Assembly (NCBI GenBank): GCA_044892525.1
Contig: CM097885.1
Location: forward strand, 42,782,001 to 42,846,000
Length of the DNA stretch: 64,000 nt
Source of the DNA: Schmidtea polychroa
Taxonomy: Eukaryota
Direction: 5' to 3'
Shown piece after piece: positions 31,851 through 44,659 of this stretch (within the stretch, counting starts at the first letter, position 1; each line of letters begins with the position of its first letter). The translations under genes were made by a program, and so were the position numbers. The notes under the pieces are model-generated. The model did not search any database. It saw only the letters and a list, made by a program, of their open reading frames with translations, and was not told the origin of the DNA.

Positions 31851-34604
31851 CAGGCATGAGCAACTTGTTTTTGTTAGGGGCCAGTTCAGTCTTTGAAAAT
31901 GTTTTGGGGGGCCGGATGTATTTAGCACGAATTTATTAATATATATTCCAATAATATATCTTTTTAATAGCAAAGATCATTTAAATTTACATGATTAGGC
32001 ATATATTATATATTATATACTATATACTAGTTGTTATTGGAAGGCAAAATATACAAACTATGAAAATACCCAAATTTAACTTTAATAATCCCATATTTAT
32101 AGTTTATTTACTCGCACAAACTCTGGATTGTTCGAATTTATATTTTTTATGCTTCTCAAGTTTGCATATACTACTCAAATATACCCAACATATCAATCTT
32201 ATTCTGGTTTTGGTCTGTGTGACATTTGACACTTCTTATCACGACATAAATCTGAAATATTTGCCTTGATAGTTGATGTTGCTACTCGTAATTCGTTTGA
32301 CAAGTTATCATCAGTGAGCCGACATCTGTTTTTGCACTTTGTTTGTTTCATCTTAGAAAAGAATTGTTCACAGATGTAAGTGCTGGGGAAAAGTAAGACC
32401 ATTTTCAGCGCATGATATCGGATTGATGGAAACGCTTTCTGAGAAATGTAGAGTTTGTAGAATTGAATCAAAGAGACGTCACGAAACTTTCTTTCCAGAT
32501 CGCCATTACACTGCAATTCAATGAGCTCCATTTGCATTGATTCTGGTGCTGTCTCAACATTAACACTGAATGGTTCAGAAAATAGTTTGAAATCATTTTC
32601 ATGTTCGGCAAAATCAGCAAATCTTGAAGAAAACTGTGTTTTCAATGCAATTATGTGTTCATTAAATTTCTTCGTGTTAGCTAAATTTGCATCATTTTTG
32701 CAATCAGTTAAATTTGGAAAATGCACCGTAATGTCCTTTGATAATTGATTCTCCCATAGTTTCAGCTTTGTCTGAAATCCTTTGATATGATCGTAAAGAT
32801 TATTTATCAGTTGATCCCGGCCTTGTAACTTCGTGTTTAGATCATTCAGATGCGTTGTGATGTCAACCAAAAAGGCCAAGTCAAGTAGCCAATTTGCATC
32901 GGATAACTCCGGAATTGGTTTCGACTTCATCTCCATAAAAAGTTTAATTTCTTCACGAAGGCAATAAAAGCGATGCAATACTTTTCCTCTGCTCAGCCAA
33001 CGAACTTCGCTAAAGTAAATTACATCCGAGTATTCTGTCTCAATGCTAGTGAGAAACTCTTTGAATTTTCGATGATTCAATCTACGTGATCTTATGAAAT
33101 TCACGGTTTTCACAACAACTGTCATCACATGGTCCATCTTTAGTTCTTTTACACATAAATTCTCTTGGTGGATTATGCAATGTGATGCAATTAATTGCTC
33201 ACTTCCTTTCATTTTAACAAGCTCCGCCTTCAATAAACCAACTACTCCATTTTTTATTCCAACCATTGCCGGAGCTCCGTCTGTCGTTATTCCTGTTAGT
33301 TTTGGAAGAAAAAGCCCGTTTTCTGCCAATGCAGCTTTGATTTCATCAAAAACATCTTCTCCAGTTGTAGTCCCTTTCATGCTCGCTAATTTCAACAGTT
33401 CTTCCGTAACGTGGAAGTCCTGATCAACCCCACGCACAAAAATTGCTAACTGCGCGGTATCTGTCATATCCGTGCTTTCATCAAGGCATATTGAATATGC
33501 TTGAAATAGTTCAGCTTTTTCTTTCAAGATTGTTTCAATGTTTTTTGCAATATCATCAATTCGTCTTACGATTGTAAATCGAGAAAGGCTGATATTCGAG
33601 AAAAGTTGTTTTTTTTCGGGACAGATACAATCCACAGCAGCATCAATGCATCCTTTGACAAACTCCCCATCAGAAAACGGTTTCAGTTTCTTGGCAATTA
33701 TCTCACTTATCATGAAACTCGCCTTCACAACACACTCAACCTCTTTATTAACTTTGATAAAGAATGTCTGTTGCCCTAGAAGTGCTTTTCGGAGAGATTC
33801 GATCCTATCTTTCCTTAATTGTCCCTGTATCTGATCGAACTTTTCTGCATGCTGAGTCTGGTAATGCCGTCTTACATTAAATTCCCTTTTAACGGAAATT
33901 GATTGCGAGCAAACAAGACAAACGAGCATATTGTTTGATTCTACAAACAGATAATCCGATGTCCACTTATCATTAAATACTCGGTGTTCACTGTCAACTT
34001 TTCGTTTTTTTGTAATAGTGCTCATCCTCAACTGTGGTTGAAATTGCGTATTTTTTTTTATAATATAAACATAAAATTATAAGTTTTGTTCATAGAGGTA
34101 GTGAACATAATTTTTGATAATTGAACTGTTGGCTAAAGGAGTTTTATTGTGCAACCTCACCTGCCTAATAATATGACAACAAGGGCATTAATGCATTCAT
34201 TCCAGTCACACTCATCCGCACAGTTAAGAGAGAGCTACTAGTACATCCTAACCTCTCCTACAGGATTGAATAAAGGCCAGCTATTAGAGTAGCAGTAGCA
34301 CACCAATGAACTTGGGATCATCTTCAGCCCTGCAAAATTATACGCTCTTCATGAAAGTTGGAAGTTTCCTTAATAGAATATAACTAAATACTTCACAGTG
34401 AGGTGTAAATGTGGAGAGGTAACCGGAAGTTTACTGCTGCACCACCACGCTTATATTAAATGTGTATTTGTACTATTGGTGTAGCTCTAACGTCAACTGC
34501 ATACATTCCTGAAAGCTTATCAAGGGCCTGGTTATATGGTATGGATCAATGAACACTGGGGGCCGGTCAAAAGAGGCTCGCGGGCCGTATGTTGCCCATG
34601 CCTG
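31851..34604 (-). mobile_element. Full-length hAT (SPIN/Buster-type) DNA transposon
   Basis: TIRs CAGGCATGAGCAAC / GTTGCCCATGCCTG enclosing an intact transposase ORF. Confidence 0.93.
32199..34031 (-). CDS. hAT transposase, GTF2IRD2/SPIN-like, 610 aa, intact
   Basis: BED-like CLVC..RRHYQTQH, LDESTD, ITTDGAPAM, HCIIHQENLC, VRWLSRG, FPSTYICEQFFSKMK. Confidence 0.95.
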   Translation of the reverse strand: MRMSTITKKRKVDSEHRVFNDKWTSDYLFVESNNMLVCLVCSQSISVKREFNVRRHYQTQHAEKFDQIQGQLRKDRIESLRKALLGQQTFFIKVNKEVECVVKASFMISEIIAKKLKPFSDGEFVKGCIDAAVDCICPEKKQLFSNISLSRFTIVRRIDDIAKNIETILKEKAELFQAYSICLDESTDMTDTAQLAIFVRGVDQDFHVTEELLKLASMKGTTTGEDVFDEIKAALAENGLFLPKLTGITTDGAPAMVGIKNGVVGLLKAELVKMKGSEQLIASHCIIHQENLCVKELKMDHVMTVVVKTVNFIRSRRLNHRKFKEFLTSIETEYSDVIYFSEVRWLSRGKVLHRFYCLREEIKLFMEMKSKPIPELSDANWLLDLAFLVDITTHLNDLNTKLQGRDQLINNLYDHIKGFQTKLKLWENQLSKDITVHFPNLTDCKNDANLANTKKFNEHIIALKTQFSSRFADFAEHENDFKLFSEPFSVNVETAPESMQMELIELQCNGDLERKFRDVSLIQFYKLYISQKAFPSIRYHALKMVLLFPSTYICEQFFSKMKQTKCKNRCRLTDDNLSNELRVATSTIKANISDLCRDKKCQMSHRPKPE

Positions 34605-34846
34605 ATTTATATTAATGTAAATGCCATGAAAGTGAATCACAAAATACCTGTACTCACATATCTTTCATCTGTATAAAAGGACGATTTATGAAATTAATTT
34701 TAAACATGAAAATATTAGTTCTCTTTAGTTTGACTTTGGTCTTTGTTTGTTGGGCGCTCCCAGCAGAGTACTACTACAATGCTATGGAAATAATTTTGGA
34801 AATGATTTGGATTTGGATAAGCATCAGTTTTCTAGGGGAACATTTT

Positions 34847-35234
34847 TGCTTACGTAATTTTCTTAAATAGCAGAGGGTAGGTGTCTAGGAAAACGATACT
34901 ATCAGTTTCTGGGTAGTAAGCGATCGCGCTAAAGTTTGGCATCCCTCATCTTGTTCCTTTCATTGTTGAGCTTTGCTGTTCATCAAATAGGATCCTGTGT
35001 TCGCCGTCTTTGAAATACCTGAGGACGGTTTGTATTACCGATATCTTTTCTTAGTAGCGGAAAGTTTTTGGGAATTAAATCTTTTTGTTTTTATTATTTT
35101 GTAAATCATATTTGTACGTATATTTCGTAAATAAATATTCGTATTGAAAAGAGTTTTGATTTTTTATTTGCAGATCTTTGGAGTCAGATCAAGAGAGCGT
35201 GTGTTAATCGTACAACCCAATTACTAACCTAACA
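34847..35234 (+). mobile_element. Possible solo LTR
   Basis: GC-richer block starting TG, containing AATAAA and ending CCTAACA. No TSD confirmed. Confidence 0.3.
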
Positions 35235-35474
35235 GATATTTTGTTAAAAAATTCTAGTTGAAATAATTTTATTTAGTTTTTTATGTAACAATAAATATAT
35301 ATGAATTTTAATTCTATAAATTGGTTTGATCTAGAACTGAAAATGGTTGTAATATTTTATCACTATGTTGTAATTTAATGAAAGATTTCACAATTTGTCG
35401 TAATGTTTTATTTTTATTTCCAATACGTTGTGAACTCATGAAGACTACTTACTGATAGACATTTGCAAATTTAT

Positions 35475-36791
35475 TTAAAGCAATATAAAAACAGTGTATA
35501 TCAAATTGTCCATTAAATCAGAAATATTTTTATTGGTTTCGCCAAATCTATTATGTAGTTCTTCCAAATAAACTAGAAAATTATCATAATATTCGTCTGT
35601 GTTCGTATCCTCGGCTGTAATGCCCAAAATGACATCAATATAATAAGCACTTAAGTCATAGAAGCTACTGTTCAACATGGTTAAGTGAAGCCGACCAAAA
35701 TCGAATAAATCTGTCGCATTATTTACATTATATAAAAATTCTTTTGAATGGTCCCTCCAAAACCTTGTTTCTACTTGAAAGAAATCGCACAAATCGCACT
35801 GAATATCTATGTTTAGCCTATTAAACTCCAAGACATCAAATTCTGACAATATCAGTCCTAAAATATTTTCCATTGATATTAGAACTTTTGCGACTATTTT
35901 TGAAAGGATTTCTGAATATTTCTCCCGTGAAATTTCAAAAGATTCCATTTTACTAAATTTTGATTGGTCGGTTTCAGAGTTTTCTTCAACTTTTATTATT
36001 TCAGAGTTTGTTTCAGAAATTACTGCACTAATTTCCATTCGACAATTAAATAATAATGGGAACAAATATTCGACGTGCTTAAATCCATTGTAAAAAAGAG
36101 AACTTATTAGGCTTATTATCATTTCTATTGATTCAATGTGGAAAATATATAAATTAATTATATGTTCTGATTTGTTTGATAGGTCAGATAACATTTGTTT
36201 CAGATCTTCCGAGCTGATTAATTGGTTCGCATAATATTCCACGCTGAGTTCCGCCAATCGGATAACGGAGTCCATCATGCGACAGCAAGTTGTTTTTTGT
36301 TCAACTTGATCTTCAATCTGACACACCAGATAATTACCAAAGACATATTCTCGGTTAAATTCATCGAATTCCAAAAATCTTTTAAATGATTTAGAAACTT
36401 CCGTAATCTTTTCTGAAAAATCTGAAATTTCTAATTCTGATATTTCTCCATTCATTGGTTGCAAGGTTGATGAAACATTTTTCAAATGGATCGAATTGGC
36501 TCGGAAAACCTTAACAAGCTCATTCATTTCACCTATATATGATAGGAAATTTTTATCCCTTTCTAGAGTTGACATGAGATAGAACTCTACTCCCGTTATG
36601 AAGCTTTCCACAGTTTCTGTCAAATATTTCAGAGATGTTACTGGTTTTCGGTCAATTGGACAGGTAAGATTAGTGGCCATCATTTGCTTTGTACAATTGC
36701 GACAAAATGAATGTCCACAACATTCAAATATTATCCTCGTCTCATCTGTTATTGGAAAATAGCATATTATACATTCTTCATCAGTTTTCAT
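35475..36791 (-). CDS. Intronless 438-aa protein with N-terminal RING finger (C3HC3D variant), putative E3 ligase
   Basis: CIIC..CCGHSFCRNC..TCPIDR; the remainder is acidic, probably helical and unrecognised. Confidence 0.85.
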   Translation of the reverse strand: MKTDEECIICYFPITDETRIIFECCGHSFCRNCTKQMMATNLTCPIDRKPVTSLKYLTETVESFITGVEFYLMSTLERDKNFLSYIGEMNELVKVFRANSIHLKNVSSTLQPMNGEISELEISDFSEKITEVSKSFKRFLEFDEFNREYVFGNYLVCQIEDQVEQKTTCCRMMDSVIRLAELSVEYYANQLISSEDLKQMLSDLSNKSEHIINLYIFHIESIEMIISLISSLFYNGFKHVEYLFPLLFNCRMEISAVISETNSEIIKVEENSETDQSKFSKMESFEISREKYSEILSKIVAKVLISMENILGLILSEFDVLEFNRLNIDIQCDLCDFFQVETRFWRDHSKEFLYNVNNATDLFDFGRLHLTMLNSSFYDLSAYYIDVILGITAEDTNTDEYYDNFLVYLEELHNRFGETNKNISDLMDNLIYTVFILL

Positions 36792-37659
36792 TGTATTTAT
36801 TTCTAGATCTAATTTAGCTAATTAAAATTAAATAAATGAATATTACTTATTTTCAAATATTTAAATTTATTTCAATCTTAATGAAAATTTTTAAATTTTT
36901 AAAGAAATATTTTACTATAATAATTACATTTACTTTTATTTGAAATTTAAATTTTTGAATTTTTTAAAAATTATATATTTTATAAATATTTTTTATTGTT
37001 TTAAAATTTTTAATTGAATATTTATTTTTTATGTTAACATCAAACAAAATAAGTATAATGTCATTAAAAGTTAAACTATATTTACGGTAATTATATTATT
37101 TTTGAAAAATAAGGGACATCGAAGAAAATAAAATATTACCTTATAAAATCGATAAATTTATAACATTTATTTCAAAAATATCAGTAAAATAAAGGACTGT
37201 CCTTTTAAAAAATGGACGTTTGGTCACTGTAACTATATTATAAAATATTAATGGTAAACTCGTTTGCATGAAATAAAAACTTCTATAATATACAAAAAAT
37301 CAATAAACTGATTTAAAGTAACGCGTCATACATTTCTGTATGACTCATGACCTTTTTTCTACATTACGTCAAAGTATTCATATCAAAAATATCGATGGCT
37401 CATCATTTTTATAACAAAAATAATTTCAAAGTTTTTAGTAGTCCCACTCCTCCCAATGAATTTTTTAATTTTTTCAGAAATCCATTAAATTTTTTTTCTT
37501 TTTATGACTCATAATCTTTGTTTAAGTATGACTCATCATTGGTGATTGTCCTTTTAGAAATTGACAAGAAAGAAATAGTATACAAGAGCTTATTATAAGC
37601 AAGTATATGATGATGAATAAACTTTATTTTGTCTTTAATTGTTATTATTGTTATGGGTT

Positions 37660-38035
37660 GTTAGAAGCTGGTTATTGACATTTATCTGTTGGTAACTAGT
37701 TGTAAATACTTAGTAGCTGCCAGTTGGTACTTGGTATATGTTTGTAAATACTTGATTGTTTGTACTTGGTAGCTAGGTGTTAGTAACTAGTTAGGTTGTT
37801 AGTTGCTAGTTATTGACACTTATTTGTTAATACATAGTTGTTTGGTATCTAGTTGATCTTGTTGTAAGTAATTGGTATCTAGTTGTAGGTATTTGGTTGT
37901 AATTATTTGATATCTGGTTGTTAGTTCTTGGTTGTAAGCACTTGGTATCTGGTTCTAAGTATCTAGTTGTAAGTAAATGGTTCACGGTTTTAATGACTTG
38001 GTACTTAGTAATTGGCCCCTAGTTGTAAGTAATTG
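37660..38035 (+). repeat. Low-complexity degenerate repeat (TAGTTG/TTGGTA units)
   Basis: Repeated ttggtatctagttg / tagttgtaag words. Confidence 0.75.
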
Positions 38036-41000
38036 GTTGCCGAAAGGGTATTTGGTCCGAAAACCACATGGACAAAGCCAACAGAACTATTAGTTAAAAA
38101 CCAGTTGTGGGCAGGACTCACTCCTACAATGAGGAACGCTTTAATATTGCACACTAGTAATTATTTTGACGAATTAACAAAAAAGGCGGTCATAATCGAA
38201 AGCAACTTAAAAAAATCAACTATGTTCATGGTGAACAGCGAGAGGACACTAGTAGAGTGTTTTAATTGCCATAGAAAATGGTATATAGCGAAAGACTATA
38301 CCAGTTGGAAAGAGATGGGAACTCGGAAAAGTACTCAATGCACCAAATATGGGCGAAATAACCACATAGCGGAAAACTTTAGAATCCAGAATCTACAATG
38401 TGAAAAATGTAAACATAAGGGGCACTTTGCTGCAGTCTGCAAGACTTGAGATCCTCAGAACAGCAATAATTTTAGTACGATTAAAATTCAACCGGTAAGA
38501 TAAAAAGGTCACTGATGCAAAAAATCCGGACATATTATGAGGTTATGTCTACAAAATAATAGTGGTAACACAGGGCAGTTCTACAAAAATACCGATAAGG
38601 GTAATTTTAACAAACCAAAGACGACATTTATGGTTAACCAGGATCAAAGTTTAACCTATCTACAATAACTGGAAATGAAAATCCGGGAGGAAAAGAATAG
38701 ATTGGCGAAACTGACAAACCAAGAAGATAGCATCTTCATGATAAATATTGGAAAAGATAAAGTTAATGCACTTAGAAACATGTGCTCTCATAGAGAAGGC
38801 CATGAGGAAACTGAATCAGAAAGTGATTTCGATAATGAACCTAGTAAGGCAACCATACTGAGCGAGTTCGACATAACTTTTCCAGGAGAAGCAAAGATTA
38901 AAGAAGTGTCAGATACCCTAACGAAATGTATGAAACTGGTGGATTCCAGATATGAGTATCATCAGAAGCTGATACAACAATTAAAAAAATTTGGTAAAGC
39001 CGAGATAAAAAATGATGAGATTGATACAGTAATAAAACTTATATCCCTAGTCAAAGATGATCCGAAGTATCATAGCGATATGTACAAGATCCTAAGAAAA
39101 TTAGGAATAGCCATTGAGTAAGAATGGTATCTACTATACTCCCAGCTAAAACTTCTTCGGAATAAAGATTATAATCTCGACATAAGGGTAAGATGTCGGG
39201 CTGATAAATTAACAGAAACGTTGAAAAGTTTATAGCATCAAGGATATGATTTGTACTTATGTGGAACCAAATTAGCCTGGGAGTCCCAGGTAGAGTGACG
39301 AAACTCACCGCCAAAAGTGAGCCAAATCCAGTATTAGTAATGAATTAAGACAGTGTATTCTTGATCACCCAAATGGAAATTGAGAGATTGGAGGAAACCC
39401 AACAATTAACCCAGCGACTAGGGTTAGAATTGAAAGATTGGAGAAACAATAAAGGAAATACTAAACTGGATGCTACTATTATGCATACCGGTGGATTCGT
39501 TGGAAGCAATAATCCCAATTATTCTGCCGAGAGTAAAAGAGACGAGCCCATTTCAAACGCAAATCGAAGCGCCAATGAGGAGAAATGGGAAAGCAATCCG
39601 AAGCCAGCCTGAGAAACAAGGCAATATTAACTTAAACGTCCGAATGGTTGGAAAAGAACTATTAACAATGTTATGTAAAAGTCAAAACATTGGCGATAGA
39701 TGTGATTACCACCAATCAAACAACATGTATATTCCGAATAATGATCCACGGAAGGCAAATAGACGACGACGAATATCTGGTGAATTTGGGGTGTCAACCG
39801 ATCAAAAAAACAACGGTAATGATCATTCCAGTAGCGTCATCAGTCTCAATGGTCGCTAATGCGACTATCCGACATAGCAAATGAAATAGTCGAGGTGATC
39901 GAGGAAAAAAAGGTAGATGAAATCGACCCCTGTCAATTTGTGGATATTGACGAGGAGGATTATTTCTCAGAGTACGTCAAATTAAACCCAGAGAAAACCC
40001 GGAGCCCGTAAAACCTCCAGTGAAACCGAAAAAAGGATGGAAGAGGACGTCCTAGAAAGGATCAAATGAAACCTCCGCCAAAGGAGAAGTAAAACCCTGA
40101 AACAATTCGAAAGATTCAAAAACACTAACAGGGGTAGCTCAAGAGGTGGATGATCAAGCAGAAAAAGAGACGGCACCAGATAGATCATTGTTGTGGTAAA
40201 GGGTAAATAATCGGAATTATCAAGCCCAAATAGAGGATTCCAATGATAAAATGAATTGATGTGAATAAGTTAACGATATAAGTCCGAAAGACAATGAATA
40301 AAGTAGCAAAATACGTCTCAGTAGGAGATATTCAGGATGTTATACAAGCATTCGTGCAGCAAGGATTAACAAGGGGAAAAGTGGTGACATCCTTATCATT
40401 GTTGGTTCAAAATGCTTTAGCCCCAGCAGGGCACGATAAAAGGCTTATAGATCGAGAAATAGATCAAATAGTAGAAATGGTAGATTACTATCTCGACGTT
40501 TGGATGACGGCAAACAAATATTGGGAAAAAGAAGTACTGCAAAAACCACGTTATGAAGTCGTGGAAGAAGCTATAAATAATGGCAACCCAGGAACTGGAA
40601 ACATGACAACCATGATCCTGATGTTTTTAGTAATGATGGGCATATTGAAACAAACGAACTCATTGAAAGCATTTGAAACTAGTAATCCCAAACTATCTCA
40701 TATATATTCGCTAGTAGATGCAATTGAGTGCAAAGAAGCATATCCAGAGAAAGTTTATCAAAGTGAGAAGGTAGAAAATTACTTATCAGGGGAGTGAGTT
40801 TTATCGAACCACAATAAAGGATTGTAGAGTTCAGTGAGCCACGTTTGAATATTACTGTAGTAGCCATAGCTATTCAGTTTTCCTATCAGCCACATTAATC
40901 CCAAGGCTGGTAAACATCTTGCCAGAAGATTGTCTTGACGCATTTCGAAAAGGAAGTGTGAGAATAGATAACGAAGTGTCAATCTCAGCGGAAATTGGGA

Positions 41001-41610
41001 AAACGTTAAAAATAACGATTACTCGAGGTGGAACAATCGCCTTGGACGGAACTTGCGAATAAAGGAAGGAAATTCGCGTTAGCAACCTAGTTTATTTTGT
41101 TGTAGATATTGAAGACTACTCAGTGGAACTACGGGAATATGAAGGAACATTTGATGTAGCCATGGGAAAACTAATGGCACCACCACAATATTATGCTAAG
41201 TTCGGCAGTTGTAGAACGGGAACTACCACATTGATTTATGAGTAGATGAGATACCACCGCGAGATGGCGTTGTTCAAGAAATTATCTTTCGTAAAACTGA
41301 ACGGAACAAAATATCGGGATTCGCAGAATCCAGAAAAGATTTGGGATAAAGCGAAAACGTTGAAGAGAATCAAGAGAAGGGAGATATCGGAGAGGCAAAT
41401 ACACTCTTAGTGTTAATCTCGGAAGACAAAACGGAAGCAATTCGATTTGTGCATAAAGACAGAAGGACTAATTGTGGAAAAAGAGTGTACCAGACCAATT
41501 ACAAATGAATTTTCTTATCGAATGAATATATTCCGACAGCAAAGGCCTTACACGTAAAGGACGTTAAAATCACAAAATATATAAATAATAAAGTAGATTT
41601 ATCATTGTAT
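38033..41610 (+). mobile_element. Decayed LTR-retroelement internal region: gag with zinc knuckles, unknown ORFs and an env-like glycoprotein
   Basis: Knuckles CFNCHRKWYIAKDY, CTKYGRNNHIAENF and CEKCKHKGHFAAVC. A-rich coding strand throughout, with many stops and frameshifts. No pol motifs seen. Confidence 0.7.
40603..41610 (+). pseudogene. Envelope glycoprotein remnant resembling chuvirus-type (gB-like) glycoproteins
   Basis: Hydrophobic leader, then LKAFET..YSLVDAIEC, KDCRVQ*ATFEYYCSSHSYS, PEDCLDAFRKG, ITRGGTIALDGTC, NCGKRVYQTNY and DVKITKYINNK, in the order I recall for that family. Confidence 0.6.
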
Positions 41611-43992
41611 TACTTAATTTAACATTTTACATCATAATTTACTTAACAACCATATATAACCCTTATTTACATATTTAACCAATAATTTCATGTGGTTATT
41701 GATTAATTCACAAATATTTGCATCTAAATTTGACTTTGAAAAGTATTTCATAAAATTTTCAATCTAAAATTGTAATTGATAATTATTTCATAAAAATTTC
41801 ATTTCTCAAACGCCGACTATAATGTATAGTTATATATTTTATTTCTTTTCAAACAAGGTTACGCGACGCCTTGCTATTTCGTTGAGCGTATGTCGCGCTT
41901 GAAAAAGGAATAAAAAGACTATATAGCGATAATTTACAATAGTAAATTATCGCTATACAAATATTGACAAATAAAAATTTCAAAAAAAAATCGATACAAG
42001 AAATAGAAAACTAGAAAGATTAAAAATTAAAATGAAACAATTTTAACCGCGAAAATTACTTGATTAACTGAGATTTATCAGACATCATAAATTCTAATTC
42101 AATTTCCTTCCATTCTTGTACTATTTCAAATCAATCCACGAACTATTCGTTCTAAATTATTTATTTTATCAGGCTCTGTCGTTCTCATCAATCAAAGTAC
42201 TACCGAGGAACCTAACTGAGGTTCTTTGTTTCTTTGTTCAATAAAAGTTAGAATTGTAAATCGTTGGTTAAATTTGTTTAATTTTATATTTTAACTTTAT
42301 TATTATTTGAACAGTAGCACGCATTAAATACAGGCACCCCGACTACCCCGCCGCATATTTTTTTACAGGTGACGCGGTCGGGTTCAACAAATCTTCCTAA
42401 TATAAATTGCCAATTGAAAATAATAATATAGTATATTTACTTCTAAGACATAATTATAAATAGGGTAAATAAATAAGATAAAACCATCATAATACCGACA
42501 ATTCTTCAAACTATTTGTTAATAAATTTAAATTCATACTTTAATTTACTTAATTTTAAAATTTAGAACCTTGATTGCCAAATATAGCCATTGATTTACTT
42601 TAATTTTCTTGTTTATTCCTTAACTTACTTAATTTAAAAATTTAGATCCTTGATTCCAATTATAGTCAGAAATATCCATGCTTTTTAGCGAGAAATGAAT
42701 TTTGTATTGAAAATCTCAGGATCAAGGAGACCCCTCACTACAGTCAGAAAAATCTATGCTTTTTAGTGTAAACTGATATCTGTATTGAAAATCCCAGGAT
42801 CAATCGAGACCCCTCACTATAGTCAGGAAAAACATGGCTTTTTATATAGGATTTTTTTTGTATTGAAAATCCCAGAAAAAATAAGCACACTGCAGAAATT
42901 AACTAACCTCTGAGCAAAAAAAAATTGGAGATACTTTTGTTTCTTGCGTATACCTTTGTCTTGAAATACTCAGAAAACAAACGTCGACTGGTGATAGTTC
43001 AGATAACCTGGTTCCTCAAATAAATGTTTCTGCTCTTTCAATCCATCTTCTAGGATATTTGATGTTCAAAGGTTCCCTTACTTGACACACATATAATAAA
43101 TAGGAGCTTCATCTTGTTAGAACAATTCTTCTGAGATCATTCTGGAACCAACTTGTGCTATGAATCGAGATTTAAACATATCTAAATAGGGTTTGTCATT
43201 CACATTCACATAAATAATAGAAATTATATATTTCGAAACGGTTTTGTCGTTTCATAGATATGTTAGTGTGTTTTCATAGTGTAATATTGTAATACTGCTT
43301 CAACGTTAAACAAGGATTACATGTATGCATCAAATTGGCCTTAATTCGTTTTTAATCAAACACCTAGACAATAACAGCCTTTGATGAAGCATCAGTATAA
43401 TGAAGAATTGATGTAGGTATTATATATCCCATACATTGGAAAATATCAACCTACGGGTCAAGTATTATTTTGGTTATTAAAAATTTAACAAAAATTTATG
43501 TAAATATAATATAATTTTATTTATTATACATTAATTAGATTTATATTCGAACATATTCGTATGATTATTATTTTATAATTAAAAAACAAATCAACTTGTA
43601 GGTCACTTGAATTCGTTGCGTGGGTCATAGGTTCGCCGTCGTTGATTGCTTTTTTTGCGCTTGGTGTATATTATGATGATCTTTCTTTATAATATGATTA
43701 TGTGTTAAAGTTATTTTTTCTACTTTGAAAATAGGTTTTGTCTTTTCTATAAACTTACAAAGCAGCCTTTGAAGTTTGCATATAATTGATGTCCCCATTT
43801 TGAGTATATTTTTATTTTATGATACCCGAAATTTGAGCATGCTGATGTAATTATTTTATTGACATTTGTAGTTTTATTATTCATTTAAAATATGAAGTCA
43901 AAACAGCATATAATATACTTTCTTGCAAAATTCGGGTGATAAATGGTAAATATTTCAATGAATATAGAGATTCTTTCAAGTATTGTCTAAAC

Positions 43993-44246
43993 CAGAGGTT
44001 CTCAGCCGCTGATACACGTACTATATGGGTACGCTGGCTATTGCAAATGGGTACGCGCAACCCCATTATCTTACCAATGTTACACAATAATTACAATAAA
44101 AACTTTTTTTGTTGATTAGAATTTCTTGTTCTGTATGACGTCATGTTTCAATTTTAGAACGTTAGCAATTAAAATAAATATTCTTCATTTCATAAATATA
44201 CTTTTTCTCTTGGGGGTACAACTAAGGAAAAGGTTGAGAACCGCTG
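43993..44246. mobile_element. hAT (Charlie/Buster-type) MITE, 254 bp
   Basis: TIRs CAGAGGTTCTCAGCC / GGTTGAGAACCGCTG with a perfect 8-bp TSD GTCTAAAC. Confidence 0.92.
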
Positions 44247-44452
44247 GTCTAAACGTTTTAAAAGCTATTGGGTATATATCATCTGTGTGGTATTGATTTT
44301 ATACCATTTAACTCTTCGTGCTATACTTATATCAATAAGCATCCAATGATCAGAAATTTTATGGATTGCGCACATACGATTATGTAATTACTAATGAACT
44401 TATCGAAATATGTTACGAATATATATTTATTAAAGTGATGTTCTTTTATTTA

Positions 44453-44555
<103 letters not shown>

Positions 44556-44659
44556 GAAAATAAGTATAAATAGGTCATGCATGAGTGATCGAACCGTAAA
44601 ATTCAGAGTTTCGGAAATATTGTTTTATAAATTGTTGAAACTATCAATTTAGCCAAAAC

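Noticed and set aside
32521..33834. Plus-strand ORFs opposite the hAT transposase (likewise those opposite pol, the RING gene and the 688-aa ORF)
   Set aside because: Antisense shadows of real coding sequence.
43000..44400. Extra minus-strand exons for the 44660-49677 gene
   Set aside because: Short open stretches exist, but I could not build a phase-consistent splice chain.
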